From: Thermoplasmatota archaeon
GTDB taxonomy: Archaea; Thermoplasmatota; Penumbrarchaeia; Penumbrarchaeales; Penumbrarchaeaceae
Length of the DNA stretch: 35,147 nucleotides
Direction: 5' to 3'
NCBI GenBank assembly: GCA_029762535.1
Contig: JARVGK010000006.1
Location: 78,703 to 113,849, forward strand
The notes under the pieces: generated by a model
The model's database searches: none
What the model was told of the DNA's origin: nothing
The model's input: the letters and a program-made list of their open reading frames with translations, nothing else
Translations under genes and position numbers: made by a program
Part shown: positions 24,184-34,066 of the stretch, piece after piece
How the letters are laid out: every line of letters starts with the position of its first letter
How positions within the stretch are numbered: the first letter of the stretch is position 1

Positions 24184-26550
24184 ATGCAGGGCAAGGAAAC
24201 GGTCCGGGTGATCAACTGTCCCCAGTGCAGTACGCGTTTGAGCGTCAAGGTATCTGGATCGCCCAAGGCCTACACGTGCAAGAACCCTGACTGCGCCCAT
24301 ATCTTCACCATTCTCCCGGATATGTCCATTCTATCGGGGGATAGAAGGCTCGAATATAAACGTAAGGTACAGACCCTGGAAAGGATCAAGGATCTCCAGA
24401 AGCAGCTCGAAGAGGTACCAACTCTCGATCAGGATGAGAAGCGGATAATCAACGAGCTGAGGGAGAAGGTCCTATCGATGAAGGGAAAGAACACGCCGGA
24501 GACCAATATCCTTCGAAGGGAGATCGAAGAAAAGGACGATATCATCAGACTAAGGAACGATGAGATATCTGCCCTGATCGCGGAATCGGAAGGTCTGAAG
24601 GCCAGCATCGCCAGGCTCGAAGAGGAGAACGAGGATTTGGAAAGGGTCATCAGAGAAGGCAGCCCAGCGAAGATCGACCCCGACCTCGAGTTGAAGTTCA
24701 AGAAGTTACAGAAGAAGTTCAAAGAGCAGGCCATTGCCCTCAGGGAAACGGCCAAACGTCTCAATGATACAGGATCGATAGGCCCTAAGGTCGACGTTGA
24801 TGAGATATCGGCCTCGCTCAAGGATAATGAACAGAAACTCCGGGAAAGAGCGATACTTTTAGACGACCGCGAGGAAGAGCTCGAAAAGAAAGATATTTCT
24901 TTGGATGAGTGGGAGAAGGATTTGAACACACGCGAGGAGGGGCTAAGGATCGACAGGGAGGAGTTCGCCAAGGAAAGGACCGAGCTCATGAAAATAAGGA
25001 AGGAGATAGAGGATGGCAGGGTAGAACTCGAATCGGAGAGGATCGGGTTTAATGAGGAAAAACTCCAGTTGGAGAACCTCCGTTCCTCCCTGGACGATGT
25101 GATGGAGGGATCGACCGGGTCCGACGATAATGAATCGATGAGAAAGGAGATCCAAACCCTTCGTACCAATATCGCTGAGCTTGAGGCATCCAACAAGAAG
25201 ATATCAAAGCAGAACGAGAGGATGAGATCAAAGCTCAAGGAGCTCAGGGACGGTTCCTCACTGCTGGAGAAACAGAAGAGGGACGAGTTGGCCGATGTCG
25301 AGAAGGAGCTGTCCAAAGAGAGGAAGAGGACAAAAGAACTATCCGAGGAACTGGATCTATCTATGAACTCGGAGGCCTCGCTTAAAAAGGACCTCGATGA
25401 GAAAGGGAGGGCAGTTCAAGAGGAGATAACGAGTCTTGAACTCGAGAGGAGGGCCCTTGATAAGGAAAGGACCGAGATCGATAAGGAGAGGGCCAGCTGT
25501 GAGGCGTCACTCGAGAAGATCGTCAAGGACCAGGAATCCATGAGGAAGAAGGCCCAGAAGCTCAAGGACATCGAGAACAAGCTCTATGAGGAGAGAGCGG
25601 AACTGGGATCAGAAAGGGAAAGGCTCGAAGAAGAGAGAGGCGAGATCTCTCGATCCAGAGAGGACCTTGAGATGAAAATGGCCGAATTCGCTGAACGGGA
25701 AAGAACTATGGAATTTCAAATCGCATCGATTGGGAAGCTTGAGAAGCTGAAGGCGATCCTGGAACAGAAGAACAGGGAGATCGACTCCATAAAAGCGGAG
25801 CTTCAGCGAAAATCGGAAGAGCTCCAGCTCTCATCTTCCGCATCCGAGGAGGTCAAAAGGTCTTTTTGTGAGGAGAAGGCATCGCTGGAAAAAACGGTGA
25901 ACGAACTCGAGTCGCTCCTGAAGGATAGGGATATCCAGTTGAAGAATATCTCGGAGGACCTCTCCTCTAAGGTTTCCAGGATCTCTGATATCGAAAATAG
26001 CTTGCGCGATGCTGAGGCATCGTTCGATGAGCTCGAGGAAAGGCGATCGAAGACCTCCGAAGAGGAGGACAGGCTCAACCTCCTCGATAAAGAGCTATCA
26101 ACCAAGCGAGAGGAGATGGACTCCGAGAAAGGATCGATAGAGAAAAGAAAATCCGAGCTCCAATCCCTTGAGAAAGAACTGAAGAACCGGGAAAGAAGGC
26201 TCAAAGAAAGCGAAAGGCCCCCTTACAGAAAGGATATGCTTCGATCGGGGCAAGAGAGAGCTAAGGACCATTCGGGGATTTCATCTTTAGTACTCAACCA
26301 TACTTCCCATGGTGAGGATGCTGTGACAGCGTTCGACGATGAAACAGCATTCGAATGCCCCCACTGCAATTCGGCCATTTCGGAGGACAGCGTTCTATCC
26401 GGAGTATGTCCATTCTGCGGGGGCAGATTCAGGATAGAGACGGAGGAGGTATTGGAGATATATGAATGTCCCTCCTGCGGAAGGACACTCACCAAAGATG
26501 TTGTGGAAGAGGGGAAATGCGCTTTCTGCGGCGTGGGCTTCAGGCTATGA
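24184..26550 (+). CDS. Long coiled-coil protein with N-terminal zinc ribbon and C-terminal double zinc ribbon
   Basis: CPQC...CKNPDC, then ~620 aa of E/K/R/L heptad sequence, then CPHC...CPFCG and CPSCG...CAFCG. No Walker motifs or TM helix. Confidence 0.85.
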   Translation: MQGKETVRVINCPQCSTRLSVKVSGSPKAYTCKNPDCAHIFTILPDMSILSGDRRLEYKRKVQTLERIKDLQKQLEEVPTLDQDEKRIINELREKVLSMKGKNTPETNILRREIEEKDDIIRLRNDEISALIAESEGLKASIARLEEENEDLERVIREGSPAKIDPDLELKFKKLQKKFKEQAIALRETAKRLNDTGSIGPKVDVDEISASLKDNEQKLRERAILLDDREEELEKKDISLDEWEKDLNTREEGLRIDREEFAKERTELMKIRKEIEDGRVELESERIGFNEEKLQLENLRSSLDDVMEGSTGSDDNESMRKEIQTLRTNIAELEASNKKISKQNERMRSKLKELRDGSSLLEKQKRDELADVEKELSKERKRTKELSEELDLSMNSEASLKKDLDEKGRAVQEEITSLELERRALDKERTEIDKERASCEASLEKIVKDQESMRKKAQKLKDIENKLYEERAELGSERERLEEERGEISRSREDLEMKMAEFAERERTMEFQIASIGKLEKLKAILEQKNREIDSIKAELQRKSEELQLSSSASEEVKRSFCEEKASLEKTVNELESLLKDRDIQLKNISEDLSSKVSRISDIENSLRDAEASFDELEERRSKTSEEEDRLNLLDKELSTKREEMDSEKGSIEKRKSELQSLEKELKNRERRLKESERPPYRKDMLRSGQERAKDHSGISSLVLNHTSHGEDAVTAFDDETAFECPHCNSAISEDSVLSGVCPFCGGRFRIETEEVLEIYECPSCGRTLTKDVVEEGKCAFCGVGFRL

Positions 26551-29331
26551 TCATCTGTATATCACCGTGAGACCGCTGAGCCTCACCACTCCCTGCTGGC
26601 CGCAGATGACGCTAACAGGAACTCTGACCTTTCCCGAACCGCCATGATCTTCGATATACCTTTTGACCGCGTCAGTGATATCGATCTCGAACACCTCTTT
26701 TCCGAGCGATCCTTCGTGATCCATCTCGAAATTGTCGTCGGAACCGACATCTATCCTGACATCCGAAGGGTAATAGAAACAACCCTGAACCACTGCCCTG
26801 GCCGTATTAACGCTCGTCAGAACTATCTCATGCCTTCCGTCGTTGTTGAGGTCATCCACCGAGATCATATAAGGAAAAGCTCCGATCCACATGTCCGAGA
26901 ACTTCGAAAAGGACCTCCCGTTGTTGTTCCTGAGGATATGGAGATCGTTGCTCTCGCTGTTGGATACCACGATGTCGATCCAGCCGTCATGGTCCAAGTC
27001 TATCGATGTCAGGAACTGCGGCCTGTCCCCGACCGGGTATGTGCCCAGCCTCTCGAAGTTGCCGTAACCATCGTTTAGCAGAACGGTCACAGTATCATCG
27101 GCCGCGTCCGAAGTTGCGATGTCGAGGTCACCATCGTTGTCCAGGTCGATAACCAAACCGGCGGTGGGCTGTCTCCCCACGCTGTATGTTGCATGGTCTT
27201 TGAATTTAAGGTCGCCCTCGTTTAGGAATATCGATATGGTGTTGGTCGGGTCCAGGTCATCCCCTCGGTTCACCGTTATCAGGTCCTTTAGTCCGTCCCC
27301 GTTGACGTCTTTCATTAACGCGTCATAGGGCATCCTGTTGCCCAGATCGATGGTTATGAAATCGCTGAACATCGTTTCGAAATTTCCCGAACCGTCGTTG
27401 ATGAGTATCGTCGTCGTGTTCTGGGCATAATTCGATGTGTAGAGGTCGGGAAAACCGTCCCCGTTGACATCGTCTATCCTCAGTGAGAACGGGTATGCCT
27501 GGATGTCGATGAGGTATCTATCTGTCGTGAAACCGCCGTTCTTGTCGGATTCCAGAAGTATTATCCTGAAGTTCGCCTCATCGGCCGAGGCGGCGTCTAT
27601 ATACCCATCGTTGTTCAGGTCCCCCATCACGACCATGTATGGTTCCAGACCTATGGGGTAGTCCTGTTTGGAGCTGAATAATCCGAGCCCGTCGTTCTTC
27701 AGGATCGATATCGTTGAACCGAAATAATTGGCCGTTGCGATGTCCTTATCACCATCCCCGTCGAGATCATATGTGAATATACCTCGGGGGCTGTTGCCTG
27801 TGACGTATTGTCTGTATGTACCGAATATACCGTTTCGGAGGTTCCTTATGATCGATATCGTGCCATTACCTCCTATTCCCCCATCCTTGCCCCTCCAGTC
27901 GGAAGTTACAACGTCCAGGTCTCCGTCGAGGTCGAAGTCAAGGAAGTCGAAGGAGGTGGGGGATAATCCGCCGTAATAATGTACGAAATCGTGGAAGGAT
28001 CCGTTGCCCATGTTGTAATAGACGAGGATCGAGTCCGCGGACTTCGATATCGCTATCGCGTCGATATGTCCGTCCCCGTCCAGCTCAACAAGTTTCAGGT
28101 CGATCGGATCCAGCGACCTGAACTCCCTGGAATCCATATTCCCGGAACCCCCCTTCCTGAAATTAGCGGACCCTTCGGAATACAGGACGGATATCGAGTT
28201 GTAACCGAGATGCGCCATTGCTATGTCCATGTGGCCGTCGCCGTCCAGATCCGCCGCATCCATGGAGTTCACCCCTCTTTGTACCCTATACTCGAAGGGT
28301 TTCTCCTGAAATACCATGCCGCCTCTGTTCATCAAAAGGACCACGGTATTGTACCAGCGCTGGGTCCTCTCCCTCTCGACGTTGTAATATGACCCGTTTC
28401 CCTGGGACAGGTAAAGAGCGATGTCCATCATACCGTCCTTGTCAAGGTCCATCGGCAGGATCCTCGATGGGTTCCTGCCGATCTCCAACTGCTCTCCCAG
28501 CGTGAACGATCCGGAACCGTCGTTCATGAAGAATGTGAGCTTGTCCGTGCTGAGGTCGCTCACGCATAGGTCGATATCACCGTCGCCATCAGCGTCAAAG
28601 GCAGCGATGTCCGAAGGTACCCTGTCAACAGGGTAGGATCTCCTGTTACCTATGAACATTCCGTTCCCGTCATTCATCAGAACAGTGACCTCAGAAACAT
28701 CCTCGGAGAGGACAGCAAGGTCCGGATATGTGTCCGAATTCAGATCCATGGCGATGATCTTGATCGGGGCCTTGGCGACCGGATATGTGCCTGATCGCTC
28801 GAAACCTTCTCCCAGCCTGTTGAACCTCACCGATACGGTGTTGTCATTGTAGTTGATCGCCGCCACATCGGTAAAACCATCCCTATTGTAATCCGCGGCT
28901 GCCACATCTATCGGTGCTCTACCTATCTCCGATCCTATCTTTGACGGGGGCAGGGCTCCTGCAACGGAAAGGGTAGCTTTTTCGATCACGGCGTCGGCGT
29001 CGATCTCGAAATAGACTTCCGTGCCGGTGTATGAAGCGTTCACGAGGGGGGACCTGCCTCCATCCAGAAAGCTGTCGATCATCCTCGGCTCCCCAAGAGG
29101 ACCCCTTCTGTTGAAATCCATGAAATTGTAAGCGACTATGGAAAGGGCGAGCAGCAAGACGACGACGATGACCACGAGTCCGGCCTTCTGGAAGTTGAAG
29201 TCTTTTTCATTATCCAACCCTCCTCCTATTTGCCGGGATCGAACAATATCCCCGCTCCGACCTCCGTGGGACCTGTCCCCCATAGCTCTCCTGTCATAGG
29301 CTGGCCTCTGGGGTCTCGATGATCTGTACAT
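26551..29331 (-). CDS. FG-GAP/VCBS repeat protein (14 repeats) with N-terminal membrane anchor
   Basis: SD GGGTGA, Arg-rich N-terminal tail, TM helix (LVVIVVVLLLALSIVAY), and 14 D-x-[DN]-x-D-G-x-x-D calcium-blade motifs from DYNRDGFTD to DLNNDGRHE. Confidence 0.92.
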   Translation of the reverse strand: MYRSSRPQRPAYDRRAMGDRSHGGRSGDIVRSRQIGGGLDNEKDFNFQKAGLVVIVVVLLLALSIVAYNFMDFNRRGPLGEPRMIDSFLDGGRSPLVNASYTGTEVYFEIDADAVIEKATLSVAGALPPSKIGSEIGRAPIDVAAADYNRDGFTDVAAINYNDNTVSVRFNRLGEGFERSGTYPVAKAPIKIIAMDLNSDTYPDLAVLSEDVSEVTVLMNDGNGMFIGNRRSYPVDRVPSDIAAFDADGDGDIDLCVSDLSTDKLTFFMNDGSGSFTLGEQLEIGRNPSRILPMDLDKDGMMDIALYLSQGNGSYYNVERERTQRWYNTVVLLMNRGGMVFQEKPFEYRVQRGVNSMDAADLDGDGHMDIAMAHLGYNSISVLYSEGSANFRKGGSGNMDSREFRSLDPIDLKLVELDGDGHIDAIAISKSADSILVYYNMGNGSFHDFVHYYGGLSPTSFDFLDFDLDGDLDVVTSDWRGKDGGIGGNGTISIIRNLRNGIFGTYRQYVTGNSPRGIFTYDLDGDGDKDIATANYFGSTISILKNDGLGLFSSKQDYPIGLEPYMVVMGDLNNDGYIDAASADEANFRIILLESDKNGGFTTDRYLIDIQAYPFSLRIDDVNGDGFPDLYTSNYAQNTTTILINDGSGNFETMFSDFITIDLGNRMPYDALMKDVNGDGLKDLITVNRGDDLDPTNTISIFLNEGDLKFKDHATYSVGRQPTAGLVIDLDNDGDLDIATSDAADDTVTVLLNDGYGNFERLGTYPVGDRPQFLTSIDLDHDGWIDIVVSNSESNDLHILRNNNGRSFSKFSDMWIGAFPYMISVDDLNNDGRHEIVLTSVNTARAVVQGCFYYPSDVRIDVGSDDNFEMDHEGSLGKEVFEIDITDAVKRYIEDHGGSGKVRVPVSVICGQQGVVRLSGLTVIYR

Positions 29332-29408
29332 CTTTTCACCCTATACCCGACCTAGGAGACATCATATATAAAATGATTAGTACAGATTGGTATCTGTACC
29401 TCCGACGC

Positions 29409-30182
29409 TCAAAGGAAAATCCGCGGAGTGGGTATGCGAGGATAGGATAGTCTGAGGTTCGTTATCTCGCGATCCCTGATGGCCGACGTACAACATTCCA
29501 TGGCCAGAAGGGGATCGTTGTTCTCCTCGGATAGATGGGCCAGGACGATCTCCCTGGTCCTTTCACCAATGGTTCGCGTGATAAGATCCCGACATTGAAC
29601 GTTCGATAGATGCCCGTTGATGTTCATTATCCTTCTTTTCAGGCTGTACTGGTATGGCCCCCTCATCAGCATGTCAGGGTCGTAGTTGGATTCGATAACG
29701 AGCGCATCCCGATCTCGCAGGACCTCCACAACATCGCCTTCCGCCGAGCCAAGGTCGGTGGCGATGCCTATCGATGAACCTCCTCCTTCGATTATGAAGC
29801 CGAAAGGTTCCAAGGCGTCGTGCGGGACCTGGAATGGAGTGATCCTCAAACCGTCGAGATCGACGCATCTCCTGTCCCTCAGCTCCTCTATCCTCGCATT
29901 TTCGTGAAGGTCCAGTAGAAATCCGACCGATCTCGAAGCATAGATCGGAGCCCTATATGCTTTTGACAGGGTCTTCAGGCCTTTGATATGATCGGAATGT
30001 TCATGACTTATGAATATGGCGTCCAGACCGTCCTTGGTCGTCAGATCCTTTATGATCCTCCTGGTGTAGTTCAGAGGAAGACCCGCATCTATGAGGACGT
30101 TCTGTCCCCCGAAGGAGATCAGACTGCTGTTACCGGAGCTCGAGGATCCGAGGACCGTGAAAGAAAGCCTTTCGTTATCCAG
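29409..30182 (-). CDS. MBL-fold metallo-hydrolase (YycJ/WalJ-like), probable CTG start
   Basis: The frame is open upstream of the ORF-track start and reads LDNERLSFTVLGSSSSGNSSLI...LIDAG...ISHEHSDHIKG, continuing into VPHDA, ATDLG, ESNYD, GHLSN and LAHLSEENN. CTG at 30180-30182 follows AAGGAGG. Confidence 0.9.
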   Translation of the reverse strand: MDNERLSFTVLGSSSSGNSSLISFGGQNVLIDAGLPLNYTRRIIKDLTTKDGLDAIFISHEHSDHIKGLKTLSKAYRAPIYASRSVGFLLDLHENARIEELRDRRCVDLDGLRITPFQVPHDALEPFGFIIEGGGSSIGIATDLGSAEGDVVEVLRDRDALVIESNYDPDMLMRGPYQYSLKRRIMNINGHLSNVQCRDLITRTIGERTREIVLAHLSEENNDPLLAMECCTSAIRDREITNLRLSYPRIPTPRIFL

Positions 30183-30183
30183 A

Positions 30184-32079
30184 TCATCCCTCCTTGAACA
30201 GGTCGAACCTCAGGTTCCTGGGATCCGATATGAACTTGACATCCCAAAATGAGGGTATGGCGATCATATTCCTGCGGTCCTGATACCTTCTATCCATTAG
30301 AATGACGAACCTCTTTTCGCTTGGGGCGTACATCTGAGAGTTCACCATCCTGATGGCCTTCTGCATAGCGGGCAGGACCCTTGATATCAGCTCTCCTGTA
30401 TTGGAACCGTAGTTATCATGGAAGAATATCTTCTTCTGGTTCGATTCCGGAGAGGGTGGATTGAACTGCAGTCCGACCATCACCGATGTCGATACTCTCA
30501 GGGACCCGGATTCAAAGCTCCTCGCAATAATTCCGTTCTGAACGGCCAGTGCAACTCCGTCGATCGAATCCCTGAACTCCACCAACATCGCCTCCTTCTC
30601 TTCCTTATGCATATCCCTGGTCTCCTCGAAGACCGGACCTTTTAAATTGCCTTCAAGGAATTTTCCAGCACATGAGTCGAGAGCGTTGTAAGATGGGAAT
30701 ACGAAGAGAGAACGCCCCGAAAGCGATCCCACGATAAGTCTCATGTTCTCCGCCACGGTTCGATACTGCTCTTCCATGTCAGTTCTCGAGGTGAGATCGA
30801 CGTTGGTGAATGCGAGAACGGTAATGTCCTTCATCTTTCCGGCCGATACATAGGTCCTGTTGCTGACCCTGTTAAGTGGCAGACCCAAAAGCCTGGTGAA
30901 TATATCGTGCGGGTACACATTATCGCCGAATATGACCGATGAATGGAACATGGATGTGATCGATGACGTGACCACCTGGGGAGCTATCAGCGATATGTTT
31001 ATGGACATCTCCCTCTCGTTCAAAACGTACCTGGAGGCCGTAGAGTGCTGTTCGAACCAGACCGATATGAAATCCTCGAGATATCTCAATCGAACTCTGT
31101 CCGAGAAACTCAGATCAGATACTCCGCTCGAGAGTGCGGATAGGATCTGAGCGATGTCGGTGAGGGAGTATTTCTTATCGAACTCTTTCATCTCCCTGCG
31201 AAGGTCATCTATGAGCTGTTTCCTATCGATGGTCGCTCCATCATCGTTCTTTTGGATGAATTCGCGCAGGACCTGGAAAAGGGTCTCCATGCCCTGTATC
31301 TCCATCTCGGAAAGCGCGCTGAAAGGCCAGTAGGATGTCTGAAGCATTGGGGATGTCAGTTTCAGCGAGTGGACCTCCCAAACCTTTTCGACAAATGAGA
31401 CTGGGTCCATCATACATAAGAGGGTATCCGCAGGTTCCAATCCGATATGTCCGATCGTTCTTTGGAATCCAGGTGAGATCATTAACGAGTGATCGAAGAC
31501 CAGGACGCTTGCTTCGCTCGCAATATCCATCAGCGTACGGGAGGGGCACATCCCACTGTCCCTGAACAGGCCCTCGTCCATCCCTTCGAGGGAGCCGGAG
31601 GATTCTTTGATCCTTCTATAGATGTCGATCGAGAACCCGCTCTGGTAAGGACATGACCTGTGGCAGTCATCAGTATAACAAAAATGTGATATGGCCGCAG
31701 GTGAGGCCTTGAAACCCTCGGAGAGGCAGGTCAGGTCCTCAGGGTCTATCGCAGCTAACAGGGTCTCGGGGGAGATCCTATCCAGGAGCCTTCTCAGTAT
31801 GGTCCTGGACCTACCCACATGATATGGAGGGCATAACATCAGGATCCTTTTACGATGGGATTGGCCCCCTTTCAGCAGGTGATACGCGAACGTTTCGAAC
31901 GTATCATCATCCACGGGCAAGAGGGCCATCAATGTATTCTTCCGCTGTATCGTTGATGCGATATCATCCTTTGCGGTCTGGAGAACCTGATCGGATGCCG
32001 AAAGATCTTTTCCCTCCATGGAGAAGCACCGCTGGAAGAGCGCATCGGATCGAAGGTGATCCCACGTCCGATGACCCAT
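30184..32079 (-). CDS. XPD/Rad3/DinG-like helicase homolog with degenerate catalytic motifs
   Basis: Scaffold motifs FVFPSY, VMVGLQFNPP, PAMQKA and VILMDRRY plus Fe-S-type Cys (LTCL, FC, SCPY, GMCP). No Walker A, DEAH or QxxGR motif. Confidence 0.72.
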   Translation of the reverse strand: MGHRTWDHLRSDALFQRCFSMEGKDLSASDQVLQTAKDDIASTIQRKNTLMALLPVDDDTFETFAYHLLKGGQSHRKRILMLCPPYHVGRSRTILRRLLDRISPETLLAAIDPEDLTCLSEGFKASPAAISHFCYTDDCHRSCPYQSGFSIDIYRRIKESSGSLEGMDEGLFRDSGMCPSRTLMDIASEASVLVFDHSLMISPGFQRTIGHIGLEPADTLLCMMDPVSFVEKVWEVHSLKLTSPMLQTSYWPFSALSEMEIQGMETLFQVLREFIQKNDDGATIDRKQLIDDLRREMKEFDKKYSLTDIAQILSALSSGVSDLSFSDRVRLRYLEDFISVWFEQHSTASRYVLNEREMSINISLIAPQVVTSSITSMFHSSVIFGDNVYPHDIFTRLLGLPLNRVSNRTYVSAGKMKDITVLAFTNVDLTSRTDMEEQYRTVAENMRLIVGSLSGRSLFVFPSYNALDSCAGKFLEGNLKGPVFEETRDMHKEEKEAMLVEFRDSIDGVALAVQNGIIARSFESGSLRVSTSVMVGLQFNPPSPESNQKKIFFHDNYGSNTGELISRVLPAMQKAIRMVNSQMYAPSEKRFVILMDRRYQDRRNMIAIPSFWDVKFISDPRNLRFDLFKEG

Positions 32080-32140
32080 CCCTTGCCGCTAGATGGCCCC
32101 AGGGGATTTAAATCATTTTATGAACATCCTCCGGGAGTGC

Positions 32141-33040
32141 CTATCCGTGTCTCTTGAGAGCCTCTTCCAGTATCGATATGTCCATACTGCGGTCCATCCT
32201 CACGCCTTCCGGCAGTATGATGGTGAGATCATCCACCCATGGCATCCTTCTTATCCTCTCCAACATGTGGTCCATCGAATGGAGATCGACCCCGAAGGAC
32301 CTCATCCATATCCCGGGAGGCTTCAATAAAGGCGACCTTTCGTATATCATAGGTGCTATCCTGTTCATCGCCGTCAATGCTTCAGGAAGCGAACCAGGAG
32401 AATCCAGGGTCGCTATGAAGGAGAAACATGGATAAGGGCTCATATCCTCCTCGTTCAGAACGGGCAATATCCTGACCCTCGAGCGCTGAAGCATGTTCTC
32501 GATCAAGGATCTGATGTCCTCTTCTTTCGAGCCGAGTCTATTCGCCAGGGTCTTGACGGGGATCAGGCCGTCCTCAACGAGCTCTTTCAAAATCGAAAGA
32601 TGAATGCCGTTCTTGAGATCGGGGACCTCATCAGGCAATCTTGGGACGTATGCGGCGCTGACCGTGCAAGTATGGATTATTCCCTCGATCCCATCGATAA
32701 CCTTCTGTAAGGAGGACCTTCCCTTGTGTACGGCCTCGACAAAGCAGAAATCGTCCATGTTAGGATATACGGACGCCACGTCTGGGAGGGATCCGATGCT
32801 CTCCATGACGAGCCCGCGTTTCCTGTTCGGATAATGAACTCTCAAATATGTGGTATCATAACCCATACATCTTCGGTCGAAGAAGGCGGAAAAGAACCTT
32901 ATCGTCCCCTCGTGGAGCATTAGCCTTATCCGCCGGTTCGTGTTCTCCTCCGTCAGAGATAGCGAAGAGGCTAATGAGACAGGGTCCACACAACCCTGCT
33001 CGAACAAACATCTCAACAGCTCCAGGTCCTTCCTGTCCAT
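32141..33040 (-). CDS. Lrp/AsnC-family transcriptional regulator with two HTH-RAM units
   Basis: MDRKDLELLRCL...LASSLSLTEENTNRRIRLMLHEGTI and a second unit SILKELVEDG...LANRLG...IENM. TATA box CTTATATC at 33063-33070. Confidence 0.85.
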   Translation of the reverse strand: MDRKDLELLRCLFEQGCVDPVSLASSLSLTEENTNRRIRLMLHEGTIRFFSAFFDRRCMGYDTTYLRVHYPNRKRGLVMESIGSLPDVASVYPNMDDFCFVEAVHKGRSSLQKVIDGIEGIIHTCTVSAAYVPRLPDEVPDLKNGIHLSILKELVEDGLIPVKTLANRLGSKEEDIRSLIENMLQRSRVRILPVLNEEDMSPYPCFSFIATLDSPGSLPEALTAMNRIAPMIYERSPLLKPPGIWMRSFGVDLHSMDHMLERIRRMPWVDDLTIILPEGVRMDRSMDISILEEALKRHG

Positions 33041-33083
33041 GAAAGCTCCTTTGCCGGTTTTGGATATAAGGTCCGCTGACTAA

Positions 33084-34028
33084 TTAACCTATATCGGTCA
33101 TTGTGCCTTCGAAGGAATCTATTGTACGTTGGTCGGGATAGACGGATACTGATGATGAGAGGCGGATCGCGGAGGCCTTCTGTGCCTGGGAAATAGAGCT
33201 TTCAAGGTCCGAATCCGCATGAACGAGCCCGATCAGGACACCGTTGAACACATCCCCGCATCCGGTCGGGTTCCTAGGTTCGGAAACCTTGTATGCCGGC
33301 ATGGAGCCTGACCCCATCCTCCCCCTCCACAAGGCCCCTTTCTCACCTCTATGTAAGAAAACCGTTCCCACCCCTGATCCGAGCAATGACTCTAATCCGG
33401 AACCAACCTCCACCTCTCCTGTGATCGAGAGGAGTTCCTCCTCGTTGAGAAAAAGGATGTCCAGATACTCCAATACCCCTCTGAACCCTTCTATCCTACT
33501 CTCAGTGAAGCCCAGGGGATCGGTCGCCGGGTCCAACGATGTCTCGATCCCGGCGGCCTTGGCAGCGGCCAGCAGGCGTATGTCGTTATCCCCCATCATG
33601 CTCTCGGTGAACCAATACCCGCCCCTGTGAAGGTGGGTTATCTCGTCCATGTCAATATCGCTAGGCTTTGCACTGAAGGAAAGATTGGCCCCCGAATAGC
33701 TAAGAAGCCTTCTTCCTCCCTTCTTGTCGGGGATCGCGACGGTGATCGCCGTCCCACATCCCTCAAGGACCTTGGTCTTGATATTGAGAGGATACTTCGA
33801 GACAATGCCGATAAGCGTTCGTCCCAATTCATCATCCCCAACTGCTCCCATGAAGTGTACATTCCTATTGACCATAGAGCATGCGATCGCGAAATTCAGA
33901 CTGTTGCCCCCTGGGGATAGAACGGGCTTCTCGATCCTGTGCTGCGAGTCACCTTCGGGCAGGGAAGGCATGGGAGGGCAGAGCATGTCAAGGACGCAAT
34001 CCCCGACGGATAGTATCCTCTTTTCCAT
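33084..34028 (-). CDS. PfkB-family carbohydrate kinase
   Basis: PGGNSLNFA, GAVGDDELG, FLNEEEL, HRGEKGA and NPTGCGDVF. Start MEKRILSVGD at 34028 with ATTAATAA at 34051-34058. Confidence 0.92.
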   Translation of the reverse strand: MEKRILSVGDCVLDMLCPPMPSLPEGDSQHRIEKPVLSPGGNSLNFAIACSMVNRNVHFMGAVGDDELGRTLIGIVSKYPLNIKTKVLEGCGTAITVAIPDKKGGRRLLSYSGANLSFSAKPSDIDMDEITHLHRGGYWFTESMMGDNDIRLLAAAKAAGIETSLDPATDPLGFTESRIEGFRGVLEYLDILFLNEEELLSITGEVEVGSGLESLLGSGVGTVFLHRGEKGALWRGRMGSGSMPAYKVSEPRNPTGCGDVFNGVLIGLVHADSDLESSISQAQKASAIRLSSSVSVYPDQRTIDSFEGTMTDIG

Positions 34029-34066
34029 GGCGGGGAATGAGAATACTTCGTTATTAATTTGGCCCT

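Noticed and set aside
24184-26550. SMC/Rad50 call for the coiled-coil protein
   Set aside because: No Walker A/B, signature motif, hinge or central zinc hook.
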